From Camelus dromedarius (Eukaryota), in contig NC_087436.1 in assembly GCF_036321535.1 (NCBI RefSeq), forward strand, positions 71,178,001 through 71,242,000: a stretch of 64,000 nt of DNA, in the 5' to 3' direction. The notes beneath the pieces were generated by a model, which was given only the letters and a program-made list of their open reading frames with translations, had not been told where the DNA came from and did no database searches. Shown here piece by piece: positions 12,945 through 25,168 of the stretch (position 1 is the stretch's first letter; each line of letters opens with the position of its first letter). The position numbers were made by a program, and so were the translations under genes.

Positions 12945-13160
12945 TTCCAGGCTCTGGAACTGTTCTAGATGCTTTACCTATGTTAATTCAAATAATCCTT
13001 GCAACAACTTTAGAGATATTATTATCTCCATTTTCCATCTAATGAAATTAAGGCCCAGAGAAGTTAAGTACCTTGCCCAAGGTCACATAGTTAGTACACA
13101 GAACAGAGGATGAACACCTAGGCAGTCTGACTCCACGGTTAGTAGTTTTCACCAACTTGC
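12945..13160 (-). mobile_element. MIR SINE
   Basis: gaaattaaggcccagagaagttaagtaccttgcccaaggtcacatagttagt. Confidence 0.8.
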
Positions 13161-13964
13161 TACACTTCCACACACCTGCAGACACTTTCACTATACACAA
13201 GAGATCTAATTTTAGAATAATCAACAGTGATTCATTACCCCTGAGTTTAAGAAACTGATGGAGGAAGCATATTGATAAACCTTAAAAACTTTACTTCCTT
13301 ATCATAATTTTCCTTCACGTAAACTTTAAGGAAATGAGGAATTAGACTCAAAATTTACTCCAAAGAAAGATTTTTTGATGATCAATATAATCTAAAAATA
13401 TATTGGGAAAAATAAAGTAGGGCTGGAGCAGATCACTGGAAAAACTGAGTAAGAAAAGAAAAGATAGGGCTGAAACTTATAACCAGTGTTTTGGGTCATA
13501 AGCAAAGCATTAAGCACAAACATTCTAAGAAGATATATATTTGACACTATTTAATGCAAATCAAAGTTTGTCTATGCAAAACTGAATATCCTTTCACCAT
13601 GTCAGCCAATCAGTGGGAGCATGGGTAGATTTTCTATGAGGTGTTCAGGGTTGAGCCCAGGATATATATTAAACTACATGAAAGAAGAGATAAACAAAAC
13701 ATTAATTCAATTTTCAGATGACCTTAAATTGGAAGGGGTTGCCAGTGATGTGAGGGAGGGGAAAAAAGGTAAAATCAAATCAAGTATTCCTTTCCTTGAA
13801 GGGAAAATTCCTTCCAGGTTGGTTCCCAGACAGGACAGTTTCTCCCAGGACACTTCCCTGGCAGGACAAGCTGACCTGCTTTGTCTGACTAGCTGATGAA
13901 CGGCTTTGTCTGGCCTCAACAAAGCAACATCCATTTTCCTTTCAGATGGGTGGATGAGGTCTTG

Positions 13965-14200
13965 AGAGGCATTGTAGCTCAGTGGGTAAGCACATGGGCT
14001 CCACAACCAAACTGCCTGGGCTTGCTCTTAGCTATGGGACTTGAGGCATATTACTTGTCTCTGTGCCTCAGTTTCCTCATCTGTAAAATAGGATAACTAT
14101 ACTACTGTCCTTATAAGGTTGCTGAGAGCAATAAATGAGCTCATGTATGTACAGTGCTTAATGGTGCCTGGGCCTTGCAAATATGAAAATAAAAATTCTC
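13965..14200 (+). mobile_element. MIR SINE
   Basis: ctctgtgcctcagtttcctcatctgtaaaataggataa core. Confidence 0.85.
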
Positions 14201-14446
14201 AGCCATCATTAGTAATATTATTCCCATAGAAGCAAAGAAATGGTATGTACATTGGGTGTTTTAAAAGAGGTTAACTAAAGGCAAGCAAGTGATGACAAGA
14301 TAGCCTGGGTAATTTTAGCTGGACATAAAAGAACTCTGTAATGGACTGTGAAAACATTACTCTATCCACAATCACCTCTTGTAGAATGAAAAGATCCAAA
14401 CACATACCTGCTTGGATTTGCAGTCCTGCCCTCTATATTCTTTTTG

Positions 14447-14560
14447 TTTTAAACTGAAGCATAATTGATTTACAGTGTTGTGTTAGTTTCTGGTGTGCAT
14501 CACTGTGATTCAGATTTGCAGCTACGACTATATATAAAATAGAGAAACAACAAAGTCCTA
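14447..14560. mobile_element. Short 5'-inverted L1 insertion
   Basis: Minus-strand L1 terminus (14447-~14512) joined to a plus-strand L1 3'UTR piece (~14513-14560); 16-bp TSD with 2 mismatches at 14431-14446 and 14561-14576. Confidence 0.75.
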
Positions 14561-15479
14561 CTCTGCATTCTTTTTGCTCAGAGAGGGTAGCTGGCTCCTA
14601 ACCTGCCATCTCCTCTTCTTTCACCTCCAATCTCAGACTAATAGTAACTACTTTTTAATGACATATCTTGCTATATTTACTGAATTGAATCGTGCCTAAC
14701 TGTCCGAGGGGTGGGGAACTGAATAATAAATGAGTTTGCATTTCTGTTCTTATCCCATGAATGTATTCTAATAGGTAAAATAGGCTGTAAGCACAGAAAA
14801 AATGAGCACAAACAGACATGCAGACAAGGTCACTTCAGATGGCAATAGATGTGATGAAGAAGGTAAATCTGAGTGATGAGACAGAGGACGAGTGGGAGAG
14901 GCAGAAGCTACCGCAGCCTGAGGAGTCAGAGCTGGGAGCCCTGGACTGGAAGGGAATGGACATGCGCTTACCTGGGGAACAAGCGACCCAGGCAAAGGGA
15001 AGAACAAGTGCAAAAGCTCACCCTCCACTATCATGAAAGTTCAAACCCGACAAAGGAGACACTTTTATCACTTTAAAAAGAGAGTGAGAACCAGAGAAGT
15101 TACACAGATTTCCCCCAAATGACTAGCACATCTGAAATGCAAATACACCGACGTAATGCCGATCTCTGTTCTTTGCTGACGACCACCTTGCCTGTCTTTC
15201 TCTTCCTGTCACAGTGGAAGCACTAAGTCTCTATTTCCTTCTAAGCTCTTTCCACTTCCTTAAAGACACTTGTTCCAAATATCAACTCCATTTCCCATAT
15301 CCGATCACTCCCTTTCTTGGAGTTCCTCTTCCTCTTTTACTAATATTCATTATGAAAAAATAAGCCACCTAACCATATTTCGTAGCATTTAGTACTGTTT
15401 ACCACTATGTTCATCAATGATATTAGTCTGTTTCTTTAGCATTATTAGCTCCTTTTCCCCTGCCTAGCCCACACACGTT

Positions 15480-16050
15480 AGTGTGTCTCAAACTTTAGTT
15501 TTCCATCCTCTTCTCTTCTCACATACTTCACCTGCAATATTTCCTCCACTGCTGTTTCTTCCTACAATTATGTATAGGATGATGAATTCCAAATATCTCT
15601 CACTGATTCACCTCTCTCCTGCGCCAGAGCCATCTGTTCAACTCCAGGAAAAGATCTATTTATTCAGAAGTGTACCTGTGTATTGCACAAAATACTCGCC
15701 TTCTCCTGAAAACCTGTTCTTCTCTCTGCATGTTCTATCACAATTAAAGATGAAATCACCCTTGACTCCTTCCTCTTCTTCAAGTGTTACAGTCAATCTA
15801 TTACCAAGTCCTGTGGACATCTCTTAAACCTGTCCCCTCCTGTCCACCTCCACATCCAGCAGCTCTGTATGTATAGTAGTAGCTTGGACTGTTGCAACAA
15901 CCTGTTAAAACTTCTGTGAATGTTTTCATTTGGGTAATTTGGGCCCATTTCAGTAGTTCTCCAGAAGGGCATACTATCAGGGTCAGATAACCATAAGCAT
16001 AAGTCTGCCCTTTTATGCTGATTATGCTTTGACTTCCTTTAAGTATCAAA
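15480..16050. mobile_element. L2 LINE remnant
   Basis: Pyrimidine-rich L2-like text: ccttgactccttcctctt...cagtcaatctattaccaagtcctgtggac...ggactgttgcaacaacctgttaa. Confidence 0.6.
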
Positions 16051-16377
16051 GGAGTTTGGGAGCATCAAGTATAGGCATTCAGCCATGAGACCTTACAAAC
16101 TCTCCCAGCGTCTGGAGCAGTGGAAATGTACCAAAAGTTCAGATAGAATTGATTCTTTTCTTCAGGAACGAGAAAGACGATTCGCTTAGCAAGCAAAAAA
16201 GCTTTTCTGTGTGTTAGGACCCTGGAAAAAATACAGGTGGGGAAATACCCAGGAAAAAAAGGTTTTCTTTTAAATTGATTTTTCAGTTAAAAGCAAAGGA
16301 ACCTTGGAGGCAGCAGCACTGTTTGGTTATCATGTTATGTTAGTTTAACCTGTGACATAGGGACTCTCTTCTAGAAT

Positions 16378-16949
16378 TACGGGTCCAGTGAAACAGTAGG
16401 ACCCGGTGGGTCCTCCCTGTTACAAATCATTTCTGTGTGTCCCATTTCTTGTTTGTAGGAAATAGGTTTCACAGCTTCCCTGACTTTCCCTGAGTTCCAA
16501 AGGGCAGATTCAAATATTTCAATAATCAGAGAAAGGAGGGAATACAGAAACAAGGGGGAACGGTCAAGAAACAATAGCGCAGCCTTGGGGCTGGGTCCTG
16601 GTTCTTCCTCAAGGGAAATACATAACAATATCTTTAAGTTCTTCTGCAGGAACTAAAGCCCCTACCCAGGTGAAAGATAGTAACTTTAGGGTGAGTACAA
16701 GATTCCCGGAACACCACCCTGTTACTTAAGCACCAACCAATCAGGAGAAAGTCACACACACATGTCATCCCAAATTTCGCCTATAAAAACTTTTCCCTGA
16801 AAACCTTCAGAGAGTTAGGGTTTTTCAAGCACAAGCCATCTGTTCTCCTTGGTTGGTCCTGCAACAAACCTTTCTCTGATCCAAACTCTGATGTTTCAGT
16901 TTGTTTGGTCTCACAGTGCATCGGGCTCATGAACTTTTGTTGGGTAACA
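16378..16949 (+). mobile_element. ERV1-type solo LTR
   Basis: Ends ...ggtaaCA; CCAAT 16737-16741, TATAAAA 16782-16788, degenerate polyA signal aacaaa 16863-16868 followed by cctttctctg; 5' boundary and TSD uncertain. Confidence 0.75.
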
Positions 16950-17159
16950 GGATATTACAGGGATAATGTACATGTTTATATAAGAGGCAGCTAAACTGAC
17001 TTGTGTCTACTCCACTCTGTCTCTGTGACCTGGTATGTTCAATCCATACTGGGGACATTAAGACACTTTGTTGAGGCAGGGAGGGGTAGTGTAAGCCACA
17101 CGGAGCTTGAAGCCAGATAGACTGTGGTGTGTCCCCCAATCCTGGCACTTATATACTAT

Positions 17160-17790
17160 GTGTTTATGTTCATAGCACAGCCTCTAACAGAGTCTCTTCC
17201 TCCAAATCATTCTAATTCATCCAGAATTCTTTTTAAAACACAGACTGACCCTCTTTAAAACCCTCTGTGACACTTCATTAGCAAGATGAAATTAGCAAGA
17301 TGAAATTCAAACTTCTTAGAATGGCACATATATTTTTCTAAAGGTAGACCAGAAGTTTTGCCTAGCCTTATCTTCTGCCATCTCCCCTAAATACTCTTCA
17401 ATTTCACCAACAGACATATCTCCAGTGTCCCCAAACACATCATGAACTACCACTTTTAGAATTCTTTTATAATCTGTTCCCCATCTTCCAAGACTCCCAA
17501 GACCTCTCTTTCTCTAGCAGAGAAATGACAGTTCATTCCCTAAAGTCCAACTCAAATGACACATCCTCTGTGAAGATTTCATTTGCCAATGGCATATTTG
17601 CCAAACCACATCCCTTTCTTTTCAATTAATGTTTACATAGTACTTTGTGGCTTAATCTTTTGAAGAACTGATCATATTTTATTATTATTATTTCTTGATT
17701 TTTAAATTTCACCTGCTAGAATTAGCTTGCTGTGAAAAGGAGCTAAATTTTATTAATTTTTGTCCCCCTAGAATCTAACAGGACTTGGCC
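17160..17790. mobile_element. L2 LINE remnant
   Basis: cttt aaaaccctctgtga..., aagtccaactcaaatgacacatcctctgtgaaga, tttgtccccctagaatctaacaggacttggc. Confidence 0.55.
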
Positions 17791-18684
17791 TAGGGTGTGA
17801 AAATAGATTAAAGATAATTAAAGATAATAACCCAAAATAGAAAACTGCTACATGATCTGCTCTAGTTGCCTGAACATGTACACTCCTCAGATAAATCTGC
17901 CTTGCACTCACATTCAACATTTTCAGAAACACTAGTTAAGAAATCAAAAGTAGTGTAGAGATTGAATCATCATTAAGTAACCAAAATCACATTTATTTGC
18001 TAACCTTTGAGTAAGTCCATTAACGCTCTATGAGGACTAGAGTACTTCTGGGGAGTATATACTATACTTTCTTTAAAAAATATGAGGTAGGGAAGTCTGC
18101 CACGTCCAGAAAACACATCTATGAGTTATTAGTTTATTATCCATCATAGGAGCCAATATCAGTATGTTAAAAAAAATAACAAATTCTCTTTTAATTATTA
18201 AGAATTACTGGAAAGTACAAGATTGTTTTTCATACTGGGAGGCATCCTTTTAAACGAATTGTTTTCTTTTCTTTTGGTAAATCCTGAGATTAAGGCATAG
18301 ACTTAATTCTCTGCAGGGCACTGACAATTTTAATAGACATAATAGACCCAGATCACTTCATAGATCTTAGTAAATGACAGGGATACTTGCCACAGCAAAG
18401 TGTTGGTGACAGGGAACATCTGGCACATTGAAAGAAAACAAACCACCCCCTTAATGGCAAAATCTGCTTTATCACCCTGTTAGAGAGACTCTTAAACTAG
18501 ATTGCTGACTGATTCGATTCAACTAGGCAAGTAATTGAACTCTCAATTTCAGTGACTTGAATGGTATTCTAACAAGACACAGAAATAGGTGAAGTAAAGA
18601 CATCAGAGTTGTATTTTGCAGTGGGTATACAAAACGCCTCGACTTTGTAACATGAGTCAGTAAAGCTTAGGGAGGAAGATCACT

Positions 18685-18900
18685 GGGTTCTGGCGGCAAA
18701 AGTCCCTCCAGGCTCGTCTTGGCTGTGCCACCCATTAGCTGTCTGACTCTGAGAAGGTCACGTAACTTCTCCAAATCTCAACCCCCTAATTTACAGACTG
18801 GGGCTAAAAATGAACATATTTCATAGTTGAGGAGTATTATATAATTCATGCGAAACAGCACAGGACTGGGCACAGAGCACAGGCTAAACGTTTGTTGGTA
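18685..18900 (+). mobile_element. MIR SINE
   Basis: cttggctgtgccacccattagctgtctgactctgagaaggtcacgtaacttctc. Confidence 0.65.
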
Positions 18901-19039
18901 GTAGTACGAGCCTCCATCCTTAATAACATTGAATCATTCTTTTGAACCTAGACCTAAAACTAGATGATTTCAGACATCTTCAAAGATTTCATCACTAACC
19001 TTGATTCCACACAATCTATGTTTTTTTTCATAGACCACC

Positions 19040-19780
19040 CCATCTGCATGGATGCCACCATCATCCAGCAGAAGTCAAGTCAGAAAAGTGTACATCATGG
19101 TGGATTCCTCCCTTTGCCTCAGCCCCTTCTTTGATCCACTGACAAATTCTACTGATTCTACCATAAATACTCCCTTATTATTTCAACCACCATTGTCTAA
19201 TAAACTATTACCTCTTGCCTAGACATCTACAATTGATAACCAATTGATCTGTCTTCTTTGTCCCAAAACCTCTCCATTCTATTCTTTACAACACAGAAAG
19301 AGGCCTTCAATGGCTTCCCATTAACTCACTCAAAATTGAATTCGATCTCCTCCCGTGACCGGAAAGGTGCTTGCCTTTTTTGTCAAGCTCCACCTGACTC
19401 CTTGTATGCTTAACTCAAGCCACAGTGGCTTCCTTTTCGTAACCAAAACACTTGCCCTTGTTCAATGACTGGCTCTTTCTTTTATTTTGAATCTCAATTT
19501 AGCCATCACTTCTGGGGAAAGGCTTTCTTGACCATCTTGTCAATGCAGAATCCCTATCATCCATTTGCCCTGTTATTTCCTTTCCAGGCAAACTGTTGGT
19601 GCCCTGTATAGCTCTTATCATAACCTTCGATGTCTTTACTTGATTTCCCCACCAGTCTGTAATCCGAGTAAGGCCTTCTGTGTTCCCAACTGAATACCTG
19701 GTATACAGCATTAAATGTCTTCTGTGTTCCCAACTGAATACCTGGTATGCAGCATTAAATATTTATTAAAAGACTGAATC
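19040..19780. mobile_element. L2 LINE 3' remnant
   Basis: ccttcaatggcttcccatt..., cacttctggggaaaggctttcttgacca, tacctggtat...cattaaatatttattaaaagactgaat tail. Confidence 0.6.
19675..19760. repeat. Tandem duplication, 44-bp period, 2 copies
   Basis: cttctgtgttcccaactgaatacctggtat(a/g)cagcattaaat at 19675-19716 and 19719-19760, one mismatch. Confidence 0.95.
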
Positions 19781-21984
19781 ATTTAAATTTTTATTGGATG
19801 TGTACTATGTGGCCAACATTCTTTTTGATGTTGGAAATAGGAAGCTTAATAACGTATAGTAATTGCACTCAAGGAACAAACAACCTACTAGGCAGCTGCT
19901 GCCAAGGAATTCACACATTTTAGAAGAAAAAGGAAATGATTTATGAAAGCCTCATAGGAGCTGAGAGTTGATCCTGATCTCGATAAATGAAATATTACCA
20001 GAAAAGAAAAATGGGGAAGCAGGGGAGGAAAAAACAATGGGAAGAAAGTTATTTTGGAGAGACCACAGAACCAAGGTGTGAAAGTGGATTTTAATTGCCA
20101 TGATATCTATTACCCATTGCCTTGATTCTGAACACAACAGAAATTGTGAAAAGATGAGGTTTTCTGAAGCTGACATACTTTATTTCTTCTGACCAACAGT
20201 AACTACTGTAACCAAAATAGTATAGAATATACATGTGGTTACTTCCTCATCTATAAGGTCAAGGGATTACAATAATATGCTTCTGATGGCATTCTTGGTT
20301 TTTGATTCATATTATCAGCTTCTTGAAGGTAGGGATCATTGTGTTTATGATTCAACAAATGCTTAAGGAATAAACAGATTCACTTTCATAAAAATACTGT
20401 TCATGTGACATTTTGCCTACTATTCCCAATATATGTGGATTTCAAATTCTGATGTCAGTTTTATTAACGATTGTGAAAACCAACCCTTGATCTACTTTTT
20501 GGACTCCTTTTGGATGCAAGTTAGGTGGGCTGATTTTAGTTAATCTCGGAATATTAGTTTTCTCTAATCTTCCCTTTATCCTGTCTTAAATGGTTATGTT
20601 AAACAGGAAAGCATTGCAACAGACAAAGAAAGGACAATAAGACAGTGATGCCTTCAGACTCCATCACCAAAGTGTGTAAAACTGAATATGTAAAGAAAGA
20701 AAAGTGCCAGTGGTTTGTAGAGTCAAGATAAATGATGGTAAATACTAGTTAGGTGTTGTAGTGGCTGCGGGAAATTCTAGCTTCCAAAGGGATTAGAGTA
20801 GATGGAACACTTGTCTTTTATGTCCTTTTAATTGACTTTCACTTAGCAATTTGGCAAAAAATTTAACCAGTTCCAACAATAACAAAAATGGCATGATCCT
20901 ACAGCATCAGCTTGTACTTCTTCCAAATCAAACTAACATTTAGAAGAGTTCATTTTATCATCTTCACTAAACTTTGTGCTTCCTGTTCTTAACCCGCCAA
21001 GAATTTTCTTTATATCCTCCTTATGTCTTAAACGTAGTAAATATCCATCCATTGTTGGCTCAGTAACTAGTTTTTAAATATAACTAAACAAAGAGGAGAA
21101 ACCCTCTCTGGGGAGTCGTATAATTGCTATCTATCTTCATTTTCTTATTTTGCATTAATTTCCTTCATGCAACCTATATATAGCCAAATTCAAATACATG
21201 CTGTGCATCTGTTTGGAGCTTTGAATATTTAACTACCTTCTCTGCCTGGAATTCCCTGTCATCCTTCTTCAAAGATCTAACTTCTAAATAACCTTCAAGG
21301 CCTAGTTCAAGCACACTTCTTCCTCATAGCCTTCCTTACTCCCCTACTTCAAAGGCATCTCTAATACTCTTTCCTCATAGTCCAGAATCTATATTTGCTT
21401 TCAATCAATTAGCACTTTCTAGATTGCATTGTACATATTAATTTATAAACCTAATTTCCCCTAGTAAAGTGCATCCCCTGGGGGGAAACATCTCTATCCT
21501 ATTAGAAGGTTTCTGGTTGAATAAATGGGTGCCTAAGAGAGCCATGAACTAAGAAAGGGAAGACAGACAGGCAAGACTCAATTGTTCGCTATAAACTCTG
21601 AAGATATATAGAAGAAAACTATGCTGAAACAACAAATGTAACTTTGAATAAAACCTGACCAAACCGTACACTTATAATGCATATTTTATTGTATGTCAGT
21701 TATGCTTTAGTGAAAGTTGATGTTTAAGAGTAATGGTTTATAATTTTCAATATTGATTTTATTTACTATTATATCTCATATTCATCACATATTTCCTCAT
21801 TTTGTGCTTAGCAGAAACACATAAATAACTCTCTCTGACAACCTATCCCTACCCATAATTGAAGTCTCAAAAAAAATGATTTTATGTTATAACCTTTAAA
21901 GGTTAAAAACACAATAAATGAAACAAGGGGAAACATCAAATCTGGGGTTCTTTTAATGCACTGATTTTTATCTTTAACTTTTAT

Positions 21985-22930
21985 CTTTAGTTTCAAATAA
22001 TTTCAGACTTACAAAAAATGTTACAAATATAGAACAAAGAATTTCCACATACCCTTCAGCCAGATTCTCCAAATGCTAACAGTTTTCATAACCACAGTAC
22101 ATAGTACAAATCTAGATAATTAACATTAATGTGATCAATTAATCTAGTGATCCACTTAAAATTTTGTCAGTTGTCCCACTAATATCCTTTTATTGGTCCA
22201 TGATCCAATCTATGACATTCAGTTGTCATATCTTCTTAGTCTTCCTAAATCTGGGACGGTTCCTCAGTTTTTCTTTTTCTTTCATGACCTTGATAGTTTG
22301 AAGAGTACTGGTCAGTTATTTTGTAGAATGCCCCTCAATTTGAATTATTATGATATAACTCCTCATGATTAAATTCAGGTTATGAGTTTTTACCAATAAT
22401 ATCACAAAAGTTATGTTGGGCCCTTCCAGAACATTGTATCAGGACACACAGGGTGTTAATAAGACTCATTAGGGGTAAGATTAACTTTGACCCCATGGTT
22501 AAGATGCTTTGTGCCAGCTTTCACAAATGTAAAGTTACTAGTTTTCCCTTTGTGATTAATAACTCCTTTGTGAAGAGATACTTTGGGACTATGTATATAT
22601 CCTATTTCTCATTATATTTGTATCCACTAATTTTGCCATTTGTTGCTGACACTTGCCTGCAAAAATTATTACTCTACAGTTTGACAATTAGTAATTTGTT
22701 TTTTTACTTCTATCATTCCTGCTACATTTATTACCTGGAATTCAACTATAGGGAAGAACTGCCCCCCTACCACTTACTTAGTCAATTATTATATTGTATT
22801 AGTAAACAATTTACATACTCAATTATTTATGTCTGTATGAACTTACAAGAATTTCTTTTACTGTATGTATTATAATCCATTGTTATCATTATTTTTGCTC
22901 ATATACCTTGGATTTGGCAATTGGGAGTGA
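21985..22930 (-). mobile_element. Old L1M (L1MC-like) 3'UTR
   Basis: tttcaaataatttcagacttacaaaaaatgttacaaatatag...catacccttcagccagattctccaaatgctaaca. Confidence 0.7.
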
Positions 22931-25168
22931 CTATGTTGGGTCTATATCAAGGTTCTTATCTGGATGAGTTTCAAATGGACTTTATTATATATAATACATT
23001 TTTCCTGGTTTGCCTCAAATTCATAAATAAATCCATGTCTCTAAAAAAAGTTTAAAGCCATTGTTCTTATCTACTATACATGCTTCTGACTCCTATATTA
23101 TTTTGATTAGTTGGAGTTTTGAGGTTTGAGTTGATAATTATAAACCAGGTCAGAAAATTAAGAAAAGAGTAAAGATCAGTGGTGTCACTATGATGTTACA
23201 CGTTGGTTCTTATCATAGCCTACTTTTTTGAGTGGTCCAACCAAAGCACTGAGTATATATATTCTTCACTTCACATTACAAAATCTCCTTCAGATATATT
23301 TTTGCAACCTGTGTAGTAATGACTATTAACATGAATGTTAAAGTGAAGTGGAATTAAAATCTGGAGCCAGAGACAAAACAAGTCTGGTCCTGCATTAACT
23401 AGGTAACTTGACGCTAGGTAAGTAAGCTAACAATAGTCTTCAATCTCCATATCTTTAAAAAGGAAAGGTTAGAAAAGATCACCTCTATTTTTTTCCTCCT
23501 GAGTTCTAAGGTGTGATTCTTTGTTAGGACATGTCAATGGTAAGTTTTACCTAAATGACTTCTGGCAGAGAAAGGAAATGGCTGAAAAGCCAAATACATT
23601 GGAAAACAAAGCCTTCTATTGTAATAAATCACACCAAACTCTTTTCTTAGAAGCAGCTTGATGGAGCTCACCTGCATTATAGGACATTAGACTTCAAGGA
23701 TGAAATTTTAAATGATGGAATTAACCTTTGAAATTCTTTCTTTTGTTCTTGATCATTAAATGCCTTTTATCATTATAAGCTGACTATCCTAAAAGTCTTT
23801 AGGGTATTTCCTCCTTTTACCTTCAGAATATTGTGAGGAACTATTTTATATCAAGAGAGAGTAAGACTTGGTACCTATTCTTTTCATGTCATTGGTTTTC
23901 CTCCCAGCAATGTCTGTATTTTTTCCCAGTAGCAGTTAAGACATATCCCATAGAAAAGTAATGGTATAAGGGCACTAAAGCCCTAGAGGTGGCAATTAAC
24001 AAGTCAAAAGACTTAAAAAAAAAAACTATATTCAGATCAAGAAAAAGTTCTTATCAGCCTAGAATACTCAGAGTTCAGTAAGCTAAGCTTCATTGTAGCT
24101 CACGTGTTAATAAATTTCTGCCAACACTGTTTGACTATCAAGAGAAAGAAAGACTGTTGGAAAAATTTCCCTGATAGTCTAGTTACTTCTATTTTTCATT
24201 CTAAGAAATTTCATTTCTATTTGTTAATTTTCAAAGATTTCTCCCCATCCTCTCCTTTCAGCTCTTTTCCTTCATTGCCCTACTATGATTTTTAACTAGG
24301 GATGTTTATCAAAATTATCCATTGTGCTTAAAAAACAATAACTCTTAGGTGTGTATTGCAAACTCTCCTGATTCAGTAGCTTTTTCTGTTTTTCTTTTCT
24401 AACTTTATATTAATTTTTCATTTGCTTTACTTGGCTATACACACATATCCAGGTAAACAGAGGATGTAAATCAGATGACTAGGGTGACTTTGATTTTAGC
24501 TATTGCATTTATATTTGTCTTTCCTTTTTTTAAAAAATTTGAGTTTTTTTTTTTTTTTTTTTTTTTAGTTGAAATGTAGTCAGTTAACAATGTTGTGTCA
24601 ATTTCTGGTGTACAGTATGTTTCAGTCAAACATATACATACATATATTCCTTTTCACATCCTTTTTCATTTTTATTGTAGGTTACTACAGGATATTGAAT
24701 ATCATTTCCTGTGCTATACAGTATGAATTTGTTGTTTATCTCTTTTATATACAGTAGTATCTGAAAATCTCAAACTCCCAACTTATCCCATCCCACCCAC
24801 TTTATCCCTTAGTAACCATAAGTTTGTTCCCTATGTCTGTGAGTCTGTTTCTGCTTTGTAGATAAGTTCATTTGTTTCCTTTTTTTTAGATTCCACATAT
24901 AAGTGATATTGTATAGTATTTTTCTTTCTTGCTTGCTTACTTCACTTAGAATGACAATCTCCAAGTCCACCCATGTTGCTGCAAATGGCATTATTTTATT
25001 CTTTATTTATGGCTGAGTAGTATTGCATTGCATATATATACCACATCTTCTTTATCCAATCATCTGTTAATGGACATTTAGGTTGTTTTCATGTCCTGGT
25101 TATTGTAAATTAGTGCTGCTATAAACATTGGGGTGCATGTATCCTTTCAAATTAAAGTTCCCTCCAGA

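Noticed and set aside
22453..22875. 140-aa hydrophobic ORF
   Set aside because: Falls within an old L1M 3'UTR; AT-rich composition explains it.
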